In this document: in pieces, positions 57,056-58,225 of the stretch
Layout: the number at the start of each line of letters is the position of its first letter
How positions within the stretch are numbered: position 1 is the stretch's first letter
Origin: a virus
Lineage: Duplodnaviria > Caudoviricetes
Virus record (IMG/VR): IMGVR_UViG_3300025173_000082
Span: 1-58,225 of that record
Strand: one strand, 5' to 3'
DNA length: 58,225 nucleotides
Position numbers and translations under genes: made by a program
Notes under the pieces: generated by a model
Seen by the model: the letters and a program-made list of their open reading frames with translations, nothing else
The model's database searches: none
Told to the model about the DNA's origin: nothing

Positions 57056-58225
57056 ATGCGACCGAAACGCCCGTACCGTATCATCACGCGCTACACCAAA
57101 ACGCTCGGCACCGCCTATGACCTGGATGTCGTCTGGCAGGGACAACGCCTACGCCCGTTGCTCGGCTACAACCTCACGCCGGACGAGATCGCCACCGAAG
57201 CGGACCGCATGATCGCTACGATCACGAATCCCTTGCCAGGCCATATCCCCCCCGACCAGATCACGCTGAGTCAGTTTGTGCCGATTTACTGGAAGGTGTT
57301 CAACATCAAGGACCGCGTGGAACGGACACGTCCGGAGAACATCTTAGCCCTGCATCTGCTCCCGACGTTTGGGGCGCGGCCCCTACGGTCACTGACGCCG
57401 CTCGACGGCATCGAGTATGTCACGCAACGCAAGCGCGACGGAGCCGCCCCCGATACCATCATCCGAGAGTTCAAGCTCCTCCTGCGTATCCTGAATCTGG
57501 CCGTCCAACAGAACATACTCGAAAAGAATCTCCTGAAGGGGACGCCGTTGCCCAATCCCGTGAAGCGGACCCGTGTGGCGACGGACGAGGAATTGACGAC
57601 GCTCGCGTCCTCAGCCCATGCCTCGGCATGGCGGATGGCGCTGGGCACCCTCAACACCGGCCTGCGGGAATCGGCACTCCTCGCCCTCCAGCGGCCACAG
57701 ATCGTACATCGGACGGACGGGCCATGGCTGCTCATGGGAACACCCCGCACGCCCTACAAACGCTATCCTCCGGAAATCCCACTGAACCGGTTTGCCCTCG
57801 CCGCCCTCACGCCTGCCATCCCCGTGATCCCGGAAGAGCGCGTATTTCCGCCGTGGACCCGCGAAACCTTCGCGGCACTCTGGTCGCGGACCGTGCGGCG
57901 ATCCACCGTGTCTGACCTGCGGTTTCACGACCTCCGGCATACCTTCGCCACGGCGCTTCAGCAACTCGATATTCCGCACACCGTCGCGCAATGGCTGATG
58001 GGGCATCTCTCGCCGGATATGACCACGCAGTACCAGCACGGCGGCCCAGGGTGGAACCAGAAACTCCGCCGCGCCGTGACACTCTTGGAGGCGTATTGGG
58101 ATGATGTCTATGGTTTGTCTATCGTGTCAATGGCGGACGCCGATAAATCTCGCAAGTCATTGAAAACTTGGTGTCCCCAACGGGATTTGAACCCGTGTTG
58201 CAGCCTTGAAAGGGCCGCGTCCTAG
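57056..58225 (+). CDS. int: Tyrosine recombinase / phage integrase
   Basis: TGLRES, FHDLRHT, LMGH, TTQY catalytic residues. Confidence 0.93.
   Translation: MRPKRPYRIITRYTKTLGTAYDLDVVWQGQRLRPLLGYNLTPDEIATEADRMIATITNPLPGHIPPDQITLSQFVPIYWKVFNIKDRVERTRPENILALHLLPTFGARPLRSLTPLDGIEYVTQRKRDGAAPDTIIREFKLLLRILNLAVQQNILEKNLLKGTPLPNPVKRTRVATDEELTTLASSAHASAWRMALGTLNTGLRESALLALQRPQIVHRTDGPWLLMGTPRTPYKRYPPEIPLNRFALAALTPAIPVIPEERVFPPWTRETFAALWSRTVRRSTVSDLRFHDLRHTFATALQQLDIPHTVAQWLMGHLSPDMTTQYQHGGPGWNQKLRRAVTLLEAYWDDVYGLSIVSMADADKSRKSLKTWCPQRDLNPCCSLERAAS
58169..58225 (-). tRNA. tRNA-Glu(TTC), 3' portion (att site); 5' end not in window
   Basis: Reverse complement CTAGGACGCGGCCCTTTCAAGGCTGCAACACGGGTTCAAATCCCGTTGGGGACACCA: anticodon loop CTTTCAA, T-loop GGTTCAAATCC, CCA end. 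Confidence 0.9.

Larger units (their letters stand above)
1..58225. mobile_element. Temperate phage / prophage (partial; continues left of position 1), right end at tRNA-Glu
   Basis: Integrase abutting a tRNA 3' end, plus excisionase, replication, terminase, portal, protease, scaffold and capsid genes in phage-like order. Confidence 0.93.

Noticed and set aside
1-58225. Tail sheath, tape measure and lysis genes; a self-target for the GGC-NN array; host assignment
   Set aside because: Tail and lysis genes were not recognised and probably lie left of the window. No target was found by eye and a proper search is needed. cysS seems Nitrospirota-like from memory, but this cannot be supported without a search.

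Overview
The window looks like the right-hand part of a temperate phage (prophage) that ends in a tRNA-Glu(TTC) gene at the right edge. Most genes are on the minus strand. From right to left it contains: a tyrosine integrase and excisionase; a moron cassette (DUF4236/FtsK-gamma/J-domain protein, SNase); a divergent switch built from ribbon-helix-helix (RHH) regulators; an early operon (SbcD/SbcC, RusA-like resolvase, C5 and N6A DNA methyltransferases, initiator and DnaC-like loader); terminases, portal and MuF-like protein; virion proteins; three giant polyvalent SF2-helicase proteins (~18 kb); and prohead protease, scaffold and the start of a Herelleviridae/SPO1-type major capsid gene. The most striking item is a stand-alone RAMP/Cas7-like gene (46611-47210) immediately preceded by a non-coding array of 27 GGC-NN pentamers (47243-47379), a candidate non-CRISPR RNA-guided system. 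Other oddities are a host-like pcm'-cysS segment between terminase and portal, an intein with a Vsr/DUF559 nuclease in another frame, a two-frame C5 methyltransferase, and small genes nested in the giant proteins. All calls come from reading motifs by eye; no searches were run.
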